From contig NW_027139453.1 in the NCBI RefSeq assembly GCF_035084215.1, forward strand, positions 8,928,001-8,992,000: 64,000 nt of DNA, written 5' to 3'. The position numbers and the translations under genes were made by a program. The notes below the pieces were generated by a model. The model ran no database searches, was not told where the DNA came from, and saw nothing but the letters and a program-made list of their open reading frames with translations. This document shows, one piece after another, positions 63,230 to 64,000 of the stretch. The DNA is from Heptranchias perlo. Lineage: Eukaryota. Positions within the stretch are counted from its first letter, which is position 1. The number at the start of each line of letters is the position of its first letter.

Positions 63230-64000
63230 AAAAAGAAAACGTTTAGTGAAGACAAATGTAGATCTCTTAAAGTCAGAAATGGGAGAAATTATAATGGGGA
63301 GCAAGGAAATGGCACAGTAATTAAACATATACTTTGGTTCTTTCTTCACGGAAGAGGACACAAATAACTTCCCAGAAATGCAAGGGAACCAAGGGATTTG
63401 TGAAAAGGAGGAATTAAAGGAAATTATTAGTAGTAGAAAAATAGTGCTGGAGAAATTAATGGGACTCGAAGCAAATAAATCCACAGTGTCTGATAATTTT
63501 CATCCCAGAGTAATAAAAGAGGTAGCCATGGAAATAATGGATGTATCACTTGTCATCTTCGAAAATTCTTTAGATTATGGAACAGTTCCTGCAGATTGGA
63601 GGGTGGCAAATGTAACCCCACTATTTAAAAAAGGAGGGGGAGAGAAAACTTGGAAATACAGACCAGTTATTCTAACGTCAGTAGTAGGTAAAATGCTAGA
63701 GTCTATTATAAAGGATAACAGGACAATTAGAAAATATCAACCGGATTAGACAAAGTCAACATGGATTTATGAAAGGGAAGTCATGTTTGCAAACCTTCTG
63801 GAGTTTTTTTGATGAAGTAACAGGTAGAATAGGTAAGGGAGAACCAGTGGACGTGCTTTATTTGGATTTCCAGAAGACCGTTGATAACGTCCCACATAAG
63901 AGATTATTGTGTAAAATTAAAGCACGTGGGATTAGTGGTAATATATTGGCATGCATTGAAAACAGACAGGAACAGAGAGTAGGAATAAATGGGTGTTTTT
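63230..64000 (+). mobile_element. CR1 ORF2 fragment
   Basis: VPADWRVANVTPLFKKG..YRPV.LTSVVGK..QHGF. Confidence 0.9.

Noticed and set aside
32963-63484. Minisatellites as CRISPR arrays or repeat proteins (33.0, 53.6, 59.6, 61.0, 62.7 kb)
   Set aside because: Head-to-tail units without unique spacers in eukaryotic DNA; ORFs arise only because the units lack stops

Overview
Vertebrate genomic DNA, most likely cartilaginous fish (inferred from the repeat types and V-gene style). Bases 1-29 kb are part of a T-cell receptor beta V-gene array on the minus strand with ten V segments. Eight have a 23-bp-spacer RSS and two pseudogenes have degenerate ones. Six belong to a recently tandem-duplicated family (~2.8-2.9 kb unit; five open, one LINE-disrupted) that closely resembles mammalian TRBV30 (SQTIxQ...CTVEGTSNP.xYWYRQ...FYS...CAWS). 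Two related pseudogenes lie at 21.6 and 28.7 kb. The main candidate for an undescribed system is the leader architecture. The V at 845-1142 has an intact ORF and RSS but no leader exon of its own, and apparently must share the leader at 2770-2818 with the V at 1507-1806. Most duplicated units also carry a second, orphan leader-type exon and a co-oriented CTCF-like motif. V promoters contain a 27-bp TGATTGACAG/GC-box repeat in variable copy number. Beyond 29 kb lie a Penelope-like element with a minimal hammerhead ribozyme and decayed tRNA genes, two of which (Pro-CGG, Lys-TTT) have inserts at the canonical intron position. There are also many CR1-type LINE fragments, a 2.6-kb AT-rich inverted satellite, a disrupted C2H2 zinc-finger gene, two CpG-island promoters and several minisatellites. 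No D, J or C segments were seen. All family assignments come from reading the sequence and recalled motifs, not from database searches.
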